DNA of 62,688 bases from positions 1-62,688 of the IMG/VR virus record IMGVR_UViG_3300043783_000058; one strand, 5' to 3'. Shown one piece after another: positions 28,756-36,964 of this stretch. The translations under genes and the position numbers were made by a program. Source of the DNA: a virus. Taxonomy: Duplodnaviria; Caudoviricetes. The stretch's first letter is position 1; the number at the start of each line of letters is the position of its first letter. The notes below the pieces were generated by a model. That model saw only the letters and a list, made by a program, of their open reading frames with translations, searched no databases and was not told the DNA's origin.

Positions 28756-28994
28756 TTGCTGAACTCCCAATGCGGTCGCAGCCATGCGCTGCGATTGTGT
28801 AGGTGATCGCTCCACTCCATGGTGGTGCGGGCTACGGGGCTGGGCTTGCCAGCCGATGCGATGTAGCGCAGCTCGTGCAGCGCGCAGAGACAGTGATCCT
28901 CGATGCCGTCCTCCATGCAGCCGGGATACATGCACGGCCACGGTCGGTCGTCGCCCTGCGCGGCCCCGCGATACTCCCGCAGCAAGTCGCGCAT
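28752..28994 (-). CDS. CCCH Zn-finger protein, paralog of 32827..33054
   Basis: AAGGAG RBS; CMYPGC..CALHE..IA..G.PS. Confidence 0.7.
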   Translation of the reverse strand: MRDLLREYRGAAQGDDRPWPCMYPGCMEDGIEDHCLCALHELRYIASAGKPSPVARTTMEWSDHLHNRSAWLRPHWEFSK

Positions 28995-29011
28995 GGGATC
29001 TCCTTTTGGAA

Positions 29012-29096
29012 TAAAAACGGCCGATGGCGGGCGGCGCGAAGCAATCGCCCTGAGATGCGTGGTCCCGATAGGCCCACGAACTCAAACCATCGGCCG
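29012..29096 (-). terminator. Branched stem-loop (three-way junction) followed by a U-tract
   Basis: CGGCCGATGG (29018-27) pairs with CCATCGGCCG (29087-96) around two inner hairpins; TTTTT follows on the - strand. Confidence 0.55.
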
Positions 29097-29106
29097 GGGT
29101 TTCGAC

Positions 29107-29262
29107 TTACAGCTTCGCTTTCACAGCCGCGGCGGCCTTCTGGGCCTCAGCGACTGCAGCAGCCACAGCGACCTGAATCTTGGCCTGTGTCGCTGCATTC
29201 TGGTGCAGATACACAGCGATCCCGGCTACGGCCGCGCTCGCAATCCCTACGATGAATAGCAT
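29107..29262 (-). CDS. Ala-rich membrane peptide (51 aa)
   Basis: GGAGG RBS; MLFIVGIASAAVAGIAVYL transmembrane helix plus an amphipathic Ala/Lys tail. Confidence 0.65.
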   Translation of the reverse strand: MLFIVGIASAAVAGIAVYLHQNAATQAKIQVAVAAAVAEAQKAAAAVKAKL

Positions 29263-29300
29263 GGTACACCTCCGCTCAGTGTGTGAGCGTGTGGACCATA

Positions 29301-29699
29301 TCACGATCCTTCGGCTGGGGCCACCGTGGGTATCGCTTGCAGCTTCGCGATCACGCCGACTTCCACGAAGATCATGGGCTGGTCGGGCGGGAACTCGAAG
29401 CCTTCGCCGAATATCTTATGCAGCACGCTCCTGCGAACGTGCGCAATCATTCCAGTGCGGTCGGCCTCACTGGGCTTGAGTGTCGCCGAACCGGAGCCAG
29501 CGTTGCTGACCTCGACCAGCGCCAAATACTCCTCAGTCTTGGCTTGGTCATCCGGGCACAGGCCCCAACCTGTCACGGCGTAGCGCTCGAATCGCTCGCG
29601 CAGCCGCGTATCTAACAGGATGTTGCCGGTGTCGAATGCCTTGCCACAGACCATGCAAGCGTGCTGCTCCATGGTCACGTAACTTTTATCGCTCATCAT
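29301..29699 (-). CDS. Cys-containing hypothetical protein
   Basis: GGAGG RBS; CMVCG..TGWGLCP..RTG pattern. Confidence 0.7.
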   Translation of the reverse strand: MMSDKSYVTMEQHACMVCGKAFDTGNILLDTRLRERFERYAVTGWGLCPDDQAKTEEYLALVEVSNAGSGSATLKPSEADRTGMIAHVRRSVLHKIFGEGFEFPPDQPMIFVEVGVIAKLQAIPTVAPAEGS

Positions 29700-30204
29700 C
29701 GTCCTCCTGAATTATTACCGCTCACGTCGCCTCCATCCGATCCATCCAAAGATCAGCGTGCAGAGCGTGAGTGAGATGATCAGGTACCACACGAAGAACC
29801 TGAACAGGAAAACCAACAGATTAACGTACATGGTCGTAGCACCTCGCGTGCGATGCCGCGGGATGAGCGCGGCACCAGTCGTCGGACATTTGAAAGATGC
29901 CAGCGCAGCTACTCAGCAGCGTGGCGAGCATAGCGACGCAGATAGCGCGCACGGTTGGCCTCCTTTCGCTTGCGCCGGACGGTCGCGCGCACAAGCGCCA
30001 GTGCCTCGGCGGCCTTGCCACCGACTCGGAACATGTCTACGCCGTCAAGATCCGGCCTGACTTTCATTCTGCTCTCCTGCGATGCGCACCATCACGAGGC
30101 TGTTGCCACACACGCAGTGCAGACACCAGCCTTGCTTGGCGAGCGTATTCACCTGATTCTCAGTGATGCTCGGATACTCCGATGCCATCTCCACGAACTT
30201 GTAC

Positions 30205-30423
30205 TCAAGCGTTGGGCGCTGTGGAGCCATTGTCTGGTCCCTCGATGTGATCTTGGCATACATACGAGCCGTAAGGACACGGGCTCGGGGTTGGTATCGG
30301 CACAGTCGGCACATCGTTTAGCGCCGTTGGCATCTCGAACGTATCGGGATGAGTCAGCACCCAGATCGCGAGCGCCGTAACCAGCGCGAGCCACGCGATG
30401 AACGCGAATCGTCCTAGCGTCAT
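30205..30423 (-). CDS. Small membrane-anchored early protein
   Basis: FAFIAWLALVTALAIWVL helix; ATGA overlap with the upstream gene. Confidence 0.5.
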   Translation of the reverse strand: MTLGRFAFIAWLALVTALAIWVLTHPDTFEMPTALNDVPTVPIPTPSPCPYGSYVCQDHIEGPDNGSTAPNA

Positions 30424-30557
30424 GGGCGCGTCCTCACAGCATTGGGGAGCGCCTTGAAGCGCGCGAGCCTTTCGCGGTTAGCTTTGCGGGCTGCCAACTG
30501 CTTCTTAGTCGGCTTGCGCCCGTGCAGCGCCATGAACAGTATATGATCGAAGCTCAC
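30420..30557 (-). CDS. Basic 45-aa peptide (below the ORF-track cutoff)
   Basis: GGAGGG RBS, GTG start, MSFDHILFMALHGRKPTKKQLAARKANRERLARFKALPNAVRTRP; stop overlaps the next ATG. Confidence 0.55.
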   Translation of the reverse strand: MSFDHILFMALHGRKPTKKQLAARKANRERLARFKALPNAVRTRP

Positions 30558-30632
30558 GCAAATCCCTCCTTCCAAAGTGGTCCGGAGTGGGGACAATACA
30601 CGATGTGCCCTTTCAGCCGCTCCGGGTCGGCG

Positions 30633-30836
30633 TCACTCGCGCCGTTGGGGCTCCTGCACTCCGCCGGCGCGAAGTCTTAAATAGGTTTGGCGGGCTGCGC
30701 GGATTCGCGCCTCGCGCTCTCGTCGAGCGCGCACTCGCGCCAGCTCCGCCAGGCATTCGTCTGCCCTTAGCTTGGCAACGCTTCGCGCCGCTTCCCTGGA
30801 CCTGGTGGGGCGCCGATTCGAAATCCACAGTGCCAT
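30633..30836 (-). CDS. Arg-rich early protein (67 aa)
   Basis: TAATG coupling with the upstream gene; AAGGAG RBS. Confidence 0.5.
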   Translation of the reverse strand: MALWISNRRPTRSREAARSVAKLRADECLAELARVRARREREARIRAARQTYLRLRAGGVQEPQRRE

Positions 30837-31024
30837 TATCGGAACTCCTTGCGCATGCACGCACGGATGGCAATGAACTGCGCCATGGCGCGATTGATCA
30901 CCTTGGGATCACGCACGCGAGCCAATCCGAACTGACTCACCAGCGCGCCGAGATCATCGAGCTTTTGGGGCTTGGCGGCTTCGAGATCGTATATCGACCT
31001 ACGACGCCTGAATAGGTTTCGCAC
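30836..31024 (-). CDS. Early hypothetical protein (62 aa)
   Basis: AGGAGG RBS before GTG. Confidence 0.6.
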   Translation of the reverse strand: MRNLFRRRRSIYDLEAAKPQKLDDLGALVSQFGLARVRDPKVINRAMAQFIAIRACMRKEFR

Positions 31025-31079
31025 TTGGTGCCTCCTGCTTTACGCAGCACGCTAGCGGCGCCAACGTGCTCTGTAAAGC

Positions 31080-31112
31080 AAAAAGAACCCGCGCAGTTCG
31101 TCCCTGCGCGGG
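31080..31112 (-). terminator. Rho-independent terminator
   Basis: CCCGCGCAG/CTGCGCGGG stem followed by TTCTTTTT on the - strand, just after the 31133 stop. Confidence 0.8.
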
Positions 31113-31132
31113 CTGAGGCTAGGTCTGTCAGC

Positions 31133-31678
31133 CTACTTCACTGTCAGCGCGGCCTGTATCGCAGCGTCGCCCTTGACGAACGCTACAATCCGGCTGGCTA
31201 CATCTCGCGTGGACACGCTCACCTTGGGCACATCGGTGCCGGGGAAATTCTCCGCGTTGGTCGCCGTGCGCTCCAACGACTTGAGGAACTTCACCAGACC
31301 GAGCGTGGTCGGGTCTTTCTCCTTGGTGAGATCAGCGTACGTGGTCTCCATGGCATCGTCGATGCGGAAGTCCGCTTCGGTCCTGCCGCCGAACTTGTCC
31401 TTGTTCACCCGCCACGACTTGGTATCGGGGTCGATGCTCAGTGACACTCGGCCATTGGAGAACTCGCTGTACCAGACCTTGAGGGCCTGAACGCGCTGCG
31501 AGCGCGGCAGCGTGTCCATCAGTCGCGTGATGCCCGTCCAGTCGCCATGGGCGCGAGCGTGGTCGAGCGTTGAGCACGCGGCCAGATGAATGTCCGCTGT
31601 CAGCGTCTGCGCGGTCTCACCGATGCGCTCGATCAGCGCACCAGTGTCCTTCTGGTCAAGCAAGTCTGTGATCTTCAT
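31133..31678 (-). CDS. Conserved early phage protein (181 aa)
   Basis: IH..A.S.L.H...HGD....RL...L....R..AL..W...F pattern, similar to early proteins of lytic podophages; GGAG RBS. Confidence 0.7.
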   Translation of the reverse strand: MKITDLLDQKDTGALIERIGETAQTLTADIHLAACSTLDHARAHGDWTGITRLMDTLPRSQRVQALKVWYSEFSNGRVSLSIDPDTKSWRVNKDKFGGRTEADFRIDDAMETTYADLTKEKDPTTLGLVKFLKSLERTATNAENFPGTDVPKVSVSTRDVASRIVAFVKGDAAIQAALTVK

Positions 31679-31760
31679 GGGCTACTCCGGGGTTATGCGG
31701 TGGCGAACTCTTACCACCCTCGGATGCACTCTCGTTATGACAAATGCATCCTGAGCTGGT

Positions 31761-32015
31761 TTACTTGAATCGGGCAATCTGCACTCGCACCTGCCGCGCC
31801 ATGCGAGCATCTCTCCGGCCGTCCGCGCGCTTCTGATTGCAGATTACGTGCGAGCCGACCGGCGAGCGCATCACGCGCTGCCAAAGGTTCGCAGGTATCT
31901 GTGTAAGCTGCGCGATACGACCGGCTCGATTCTCGATGTGCGGGATTGCGAAGTACCGACCCTTGAACAGTCTGACTTCTCTACCGTGGAGCTTCATATG
32001 AACCTCGCTTATCAC
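31761..32015 (-). CDS. First leftward early gene, basic hypothetical protein
   Basis: GAGG RBS before ATG 31997 (MKLHGREV...); the start is uncertain. Confidence 0.5.
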   Translation of the reverse strand: MISEVHMKLHGREVRLFKGRYFAIPHIENRAGRIAQLTQIPANLWQRVMRSPVGSHVICNQKRADGRRDARMARQVRVQIARFK

Positions 32016-32039
32016 AGTCTCGACGATATGGGGCTTTCG

Positions 32040-32334
32040 CCGGAGCTTATGCCCTAAGCCCGCGCGATGTAACAGTCACCGAAAAACGAACTGTTACACG
32101 GAAGTCATTGATTATGCGGGCTGAACGGGCTGTGTAACAGTGTAACAGTGGTTTTCGCAAGCCCGCTCAATGAGTAGGAATGCGTAAACACTATATAATA
32201 ACTGTTACACTGTTACAATATAGTAATAACTTATTAGCAAATCAATGACTTAGCCCGCGTAACACTCATCATGGTAAACTGTTGCACTGTTACACCATGT
32301 AATCGTGTGCACGGGCTGAGGGCATAAGCCCCGG
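32040..32334. repeat. Nested inverted-repeat region with TGTAACAG/CTGTTACA iterons; candidate replication origin
   Basis: Arms 32040-62/32312-34 (21/23 complementary), 32102-13/32240-51 (12/12), 32133-49/32201-17 (17/17); AT-rich core; sits at the strand divergence point. Confidence 0.75.
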
Positions 32335-32756
32335 ATTGTGTATCTGTCCGGTTAGGATATATCTGCGCGTGTTTACGTGGACACTCCACGTCAAGCCGCA
32401 GACTTACGTTTAAGCCCGCATAGCGGACTAGAGACTAAGCGGCCGGGACGTTACGAGGGAATTACACCTCACCCGTTAGCCTACTCGGCGCGGAATAAAG
32501 CCCGCAGTTGTCCCTATAGCGCGCACGACATCAGTCTTGTGACCTACCGAGCGCACACCATAGGCTGCTAGGTGTTACCGCACCCGCGTTGCCTCGCACT
32601 GGCCGGGTACCTTGGGAGCGTACGTGCGGTGACAGTGCAACCATAGGGATTCTGGATTGCATTATGACCAGACCCCCCATGGTAGGGTGGACCGAGGGGG
32701 AGGGGGCTCGGCGGGCGGCTTACCCCAAGCCCGCATGGTTGTGCTATCCCTGGACC

Positions 32757-32830
32757 TATACATACGTAATGGTGGCGGGAGAAATTCGCTCTGGGTATCG
32801 GCGCGAAGCCGTGGTATACATACGTAATGG
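32757..32830 (+). promoter_or_regulatory. Two copies of TATACATACGTAATGG (third, variant copy at 34372-34387)
   Basis: Exact 16-mers at 32757-72 and 32815-30; the embedded ATG starts an ORF in each case. Confidence 0.55.
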
Positions 32831-33054
32831 ACGCTGAAGCCTATCGTGAGTTCGTGCGTGGTATGCCTAGGCCCGCTCCGCCCGCATGTGCGTATAGAGG
32901 CTGCACCGAAAATAAACTCAAGCACTCGCCCCTATTCTGCGCACTACACGAGATGGCTTGGATCGCGCACAAGGGAGCACCTAGTCACCAACTTGACAGC
33001 GTCGAGATCGGCGCCGCGGTTTTATGGGCGAAGAACTACCACATACAGACATAA
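32827..33054 (+). CDS. CCCH Zn-finger protein, paralog of 28752..28994
   Basis: CAYRGC..CALHE..WIA..G.PS. Confidence 0.7.
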   Translation: MDAEAYREFVRGMPRPAPPACAYRGCTENKLKHSPLFCALHEMAWIAHKGAPSHQLDSVEIGAAVLWAKNYHIQT

Positions 33055-33335
33055 AGCACCGCCGTCTGAGTTCCCTCACGCCGGACGAGAAGGCCGACGT
33101 GCAGGCTCTCCTGTCGCTGATCAATGCGCGTGCCCAGGACCTCGAAGAAGACGGCACGAACCACGTGACGCTGAACGTGGCCAAACCACCGTACGCCGCT
33201 AATGTACTACGCGTGCCCATGACCGCCACGGTCAACGAGCTCGTGGGGTGGGCGCTCCTGCTGGCCAGGCCGCCGAACGTGCCTCCGGCCCCGCCGGCGG
33301 CGCCCACGAATCCGGTGGTCGCATCGGACGTGTGA
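33024..33335 (+). CDS. Hypothetical protein
   Basis: GC3-rich frame; followed by a terminator. Confidence 0.6.
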   Translation: MGEELPHTDIKHRRLSSLTPDEKADVQALLSLINARAQDLEEDGTNHVTLNVAKPPYAANVLRVPMTATVNELVGWALLLARPPNVPPAPPAAPTNPVVASDV

Positions 33336-33351
33336 TCGGAAAGAGCCTAAC

Positions 33352-33383
33352 GCCCCGGGGACTTACACCCGGGGCTTTTCTTT
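33352..33383 (+). terminator. Rho-independent terminator
   Basis: GCCCCGGG/CCCGGGGC stem plus TTTTCTTT. Confidence 0.8.
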
Positions 33384-33429
33384 GGTAGTCTCGCGAATGC
33401 ACCCCAACCTCTTTTCGGAGACTATGACC

Positions 33430-33912
33430 ATGAAATCACTGAAGGCTCTCGCGGCTGCTGTTGTCGCGGCTCTTTGCATCGGCACGGCGAGTGCCCAGTA
33501 CGCGACGATCCCGCCGAACGCGATTGGGCCGTTGGCGCCATACAGCGTCGTGTGCAACGCCACCGCTTCGCTCGGATACCCCGGCGTGGGCGCAGCGAAC
33601 TGCTCGTTCGTTGCTGACCAGACCAGCCCCCAGTGGGTGGCGTCAGGTGCCGGCACCGGCGAGTGCGCGACTGCCCCTGCCAACATCAAGGGCGGATCGC
33701 ACAGCGGATCGTTCACGTGCGCGGGCACCGCGGGCGCCAGCACGCTACCGATTACGCTGCCGACTGCCCCGAACGGGTGGGCGTGTGTCGGATCGGACGT
33801 GACTCAGGGTACGGCTGTAACCACTTCGGTTACGAGCACGACCGGCGCGACGCTGAAGTTCACCTCGGTGGCCAACACCGACGTGATCCAGTTCGCCTGC
33901 TTCGGCTACTAG
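33430..33912 (+). CDS. Secreted Cys/Thr-rich beta protein, paralog of 58037..58483
   Basis: Sec signal MKSLKALAAAVVAALCIGTASA|Q; APNGWAC..D..FGY C-terminal domain. Confidence 0.75.
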   Translation: MKSLKALAAAVVAALCIGTASAQYATIPPNAIGPLAPYSVVCNATASLGYPGVGAANCSFVADQTSPQWVASGAGTGECATAPANIKGGSHSGSFTCAGTAGASTLPITLPTAPNGWACVGSDVTQGTAVTTSVTSTTGATLKFTSVANTDVIQFACFGY

Positions 33913-33919
33913 ACGATTT

Positions 33920-33995
33920 CGCGGTATAGCTCAGCGGCCAGAGTGCCCGGCTCATAACCGGGAAGTCGAAGGTTCGAGTCCTTCTACCGCTACCA
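33920..33995 (+). tRNA. tRNA with CAT anticodon (Met/fMet-like), encoded CCA
   Basis: Cloverleaf: acceptor CGCGGTA/TACCGCT, D stem GCTC/GAGT, anticodon arm CCCGG-CTCATAA-CCGGG, T arm GAAGG-TTCGAGT-CCTTC, 3' ACCA; 76 nt. Confidence 0.95.
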
Positions 33996-34055
33996 CGATT
34001 GCCCTCTCGGAGTGATACTCCAACCACCGGCCTAATCACCCGGTGGGAGGGGGCG

Positions 34056-34364
34056 ATGAATATCGACGGATGGTGCTGGGCGTGCAGCGTCCCGAAAGAG
34101 ATCTGGCTCAAGCTGGCTCTCCTGAACGTGACGGTCTCGTATAACGTGCAGGACCGCGCGGTCGTCCTGCTCCATCCTGCCCTCCTGGCTGCCGATAAGG
34201 CCCGCCAGGCCGTGAACCACCACCGGGTGGTGCTACGGCACGACGCCATCAAGCACACCTGGTATGTGAACCCCCACAAGACGACGCTCCCGCAGTGGGA
34301 GTCGATCTGCTCGGAGATCGCTGAGGTCGTGCACGCGTATCATTGGGCTGGCGGAAATCCATGA
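34056..34364 (+). CDS. Hypothetical protein
   Basis: GGAGG RBS before ATG 34056. Confidence 0.6.
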   Translation: MNIDGWCWACSVPKEIWLKLALLNVTVSYNVQDRAVVLLHPALLAADKARQAVNHHRVVLRHDAIKHTWYVNPHKTTLPQWESICSEIAEVVHAYHWAGGNP

Positions 34365-34383
34365 ACTGCGATATACGTACGTA

Positions 34384-35358
34384 ATGGACTTCTCGAAGCT
34401 ACAGCAGCAGATCACCGACTTCGTGCGTCTTCGCGACCAGAAGACCATCGACGCTGAGATCAAGCGTGTGATCACGATGGGCGGCGGCGTGCCTGGGCTC
34501 GCGAACGCGATCAACAACGCCCAGCAGCAGAACCTGAACCACCAGGCGATGCAGAACATGATGCAGTCGCAGCAAAATATGGGCGGCGCGATGCCGATGT
34601 TCCCGCCGCCTGGGCAGCCGATGGGCCAGGGCATCGCTTCTGCCGGGTACCAGCTGGACGACGATCACGTCACCCGCGGCATCCTCAACGGCTTCGAGCT
34701 GAAGGACAAAGCGACCTACGAGTTCGCCGCTACGACAGCGCAGCTCCTGGGCGCCCGAATCAGGGCGAGCTGGTCTCCAAACCGCAGCCCGCGCTGCACG
34801 CCGCGCGCGGGGATCGTGTGGCAGCTGTTCAATCACAACTGGATGGTCGACGTGCAATGGGTGGGCGATGCGACCGGCGGCTCAGAGGAGCAGTGGACGG
34901 CGCGCTTCGCCGAGCTCGCGGATCTGATCAGCAAGGCGCGCGAGGACGGCGACAAGCAGTACGGCGACGAGCCGGAGCGGCCCGCGGCGCCTGCTGCAGC
35001 GCTCGCGGTGCAGGCAATGCTTCTTCGCAGTCCGGGTTCGCGCAGGGTGGCGGCAATATCAGTGCCGGAGGACATAGCCTTACGATTGGCGCTGCTGGGA
35101 GTCCACTGGGAGTGGGGCAATGACATCGACAACCAGCGCGGCGGCTTTCGGTTCTCCGCTGGGGGCCAGCACATCATGACTTCGCCCGCATCGACGATTG
35201 ACAAGTACGGCTGGGAGGACACTGCCGGTGCGCTCGCAGACATCATTGCACGCGCCCGAGGCGTGCCGATTGGGTGGATGAAAACAACACAAGCAACGAT
35301 GCCGCGCGTGGATGCAGCCGCAGTCATCGAGGAGGACGCATTCCGTGGGACGAAGTGA
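34384..35358 (+). CDS. Hypothetical protein with Gln/Met-rich N-terminal segment (324 aa)
   Basis: Long GC3-rich ORF; its ATG lies inside the TATACGTACGTAATGG motif. Confidence 0.7.
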   Translation: MDFSKLQQQITDFVRLRDQKTIDAEIKRVITMGGGVPGLANAINNAQQQNLNHQAMQNMMQSQQNMGGAMPMFPPPGQPMGQGIASAGYQLDDDHVTRGILNGFELKDKATYEFAATTAQLLGARIRASWSPNRSPRCTPRAGIVWQLFNHNWMVDVQWVGDATGGSEEQWTARFAELADLISKAREDGDKQYGDEPERPAAPAAALAVQAMLLRSPGSRRVAAISVPEDIALRLALLGVHWEWGNDIDNQRGGFRFSAGGQHIMTSPASTIDKYGWEDTAGALADIIARARGVPIGWMKTTQATMPRVDAAAVIEEDAFRGTK

Positions 35359-35368
35359 ACTTGCGAAG

Positions 35369-35701
35369 ATGGTGAGCGCCGGAGATCTCGGCGGCACCGC
35401 AGAAGCTCTGACGAACCCGGGCTACCGAGAGGTGCTGGGACAGGGCGACGTGGCCCGCGGCACGGAAGACCCCGTGCTGGGCGAAGACATACGCGCTCTC
35501 CTGATCATGGCGCAATGCGTAGCCCGCTGGATGGGCACGTACTGGGACGTGCGTCGGCTGTCTGGCATCGACCAGCCGCGCGACTGGGTCCCGCCGCGCC
35601 CGGGCATCAAGTGGCGAGCCCTGACCGGCATCGCCGCGAACGCGACGTTCGAGGAGTGGCGGGAGGGGCTGAACAGTTTCGTTGGAGGTCTCGGGAAATG
35701 A
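35369..35701 (+). CDS. Hypothetical protein
   Basis: Co-oriented; stop overlaps the next ATG. Confidence 0.55.
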   Translation: MVSAGDLGGTAEALTNPGYREVLGQGDVARGTEDPVLGEDIRALLIMAQCVARWMGTYWDVRRLSGIDQPRDWVPPRPGIKWRALTGIAANATFEEWREGLNSFVGGLGK

Positions 35702-35901
35702 CTCGGACCTCGGTGGGCACACGCGTCCGCGTGAACTTCTACTTCGACACGGCGATGTTTGACGGCCTGCGTCGCCTGGCGGGGTTGCAGAACACCACCT
35801 ACTCGGAGTTGATCCGCGTGGCTGTGCGCGAGTACCTCATCCGACAGACAGAGGCGGCGATCAGGGCCGACAAAGCCATCAAGGAGATTGGACGTGAATG
35901 A
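35698..35901 (+). CDS. Ribbon-helix-helix (CopG/Arc-like) DNA-binding protein
   Basis: RVNFYF strand followed by LRRLA..TYSELIRVAVREYL; GGAGG RBS. Confidence 0.8.
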   Translation: MTRTSVGTRVRVNFYFDTAMFDGLRRLAGLQNTTYSELIRVAVREYLIRQTEAAIRADKAIKEIGRE

Positions 35902-36182
35902 ACCAGACGACGGCACCGTCATCAAGATCTACACCACCGACCAGCCACGGATACTCGGCTTGTTCCACTTCGCCCGTTCGTATGCTGGAACAGCCGGAGC
36001 TGACACACGCGCTGGCTACGCTGGAGTCATTGGCCAAGTGGGGCCGTGCAAGTGTGGCAATCCGACACACACGTTTCCGAGGTACTATTCTGTGACGCCG
36101 TGCGTGTACGTTCGGCTGATGGGATATATGCTGACTTGCCGAATCCCAGGATGGCTCTGCGATGCGCTACTCGGCGCCTAGA

Positions 36183-36458
36183 ATGAGCCCGGTGTTCGGG
36201 GTCGACATGGGTGAGATGCCCAAGGGACCAACTACGGTCATACGCGCCGCGACTGACCCGGTGCGCGTGCCAGAGGACATCGAGACGGTCAAGATCATCC
36301 AGCGTTGTCTGTGCCGCGTGACGCTGGGCGAAGACTGCTACGTGGTGCAGGGTTTGACTGGAGACACACGCACGGTGCCCTACGGGGCGCTCCTCTCGAA
36401 GTGGGAGCAGGTTTGCGGTGAACTCCTAGAGCTGGCGACGCGCTCGGAGATGGTCTGA
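36183..36458 (+). CDS. Hypothetical protein
   Basis: TGATG coupling to the next gene. Confidence 0.5.
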   Translation: MSPVFGVDMGEMPKGPTTVIRAATDPVRVPEDIETVKIIQRCLCRVTLGEDCYVVQGLTGDTRTVPYGALLSKWEQVCGELLELATRSEMV

Positions 36459-36964
36459 TGAAAATTTTACTCGGGCTCGCGCTCGTGATACTCGCACACG
36501 GTGCTGGGCAGGCTCCCACCGCTCCGATGGCTCCCGGCGTCGTGCATCCTGGCGCGAAGAACGCCGACAACCAGGACGTGCCGCACCAGGGCGACGCCAT
36601 GGTCGCCGTGGCCGAAGACGACAGTGTACTGATCTTTGTTGTACGCGATAGCCAGAGGGACGAAGACGATGGCAGCAAAAGCATCATCGTCGTGATCGTG
36701 GCTGTCGACGGCGTGCCGAACCACGCCGGCGCACACCGCCTAGCCGGCCGCGCCCGCTTCAAATGTACCGAAAACGAGAACCGGACCATGGCGGGATACA
36801 TCCTTGACGACGATGGCAACATCATCGACAAGAAAGACGGCCAACCCAACTGGAAACCAACGAAGGAAGGCAGCGTAGCTGAGCTGATTGCCAACATCGT
36901 GTGCCACAAGGAGCAGCCGGCGCCGAAATATCACGAGCCGCTGCCGGAAGCCACCGAGATATGA
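36458..36964 (+). CDS. Putative exported/periplasmic protein
   Basis: MKILLGLALVILAHGA signal-like N-terminus; two Cys; W.P..EGS.AE..C end. Confidence 0.65.
   Translation: MKILLGLALVILAHGAGQAPTAPMAPGVVHPGAKNADNQDVPHQGDAMVAVAEDDSVLIFVVRDSQRDEDDGSKSIIVVIVAVDGVPNHAGAHRLAGRARFKCTENENRTMAGYILDDDGNIIDKKDGQPNWKPTKEGSVAELIANIVCHKEQPAPKYHEPLPEATEI

Noticed and set aside
29045-29085. Hammerhead ribozyme in the three-way junction
   Set aside because: CTGAGATG..CGAAC does not match the CUGANGA..GAAA core, and it is on the strand opposite the local genes.
32040-32334. TGTAACAG repeats as a mini CRISPR array
   Set aside because: The repeats are 8-17 bp, occur in both orientations and are irregularly spaced.
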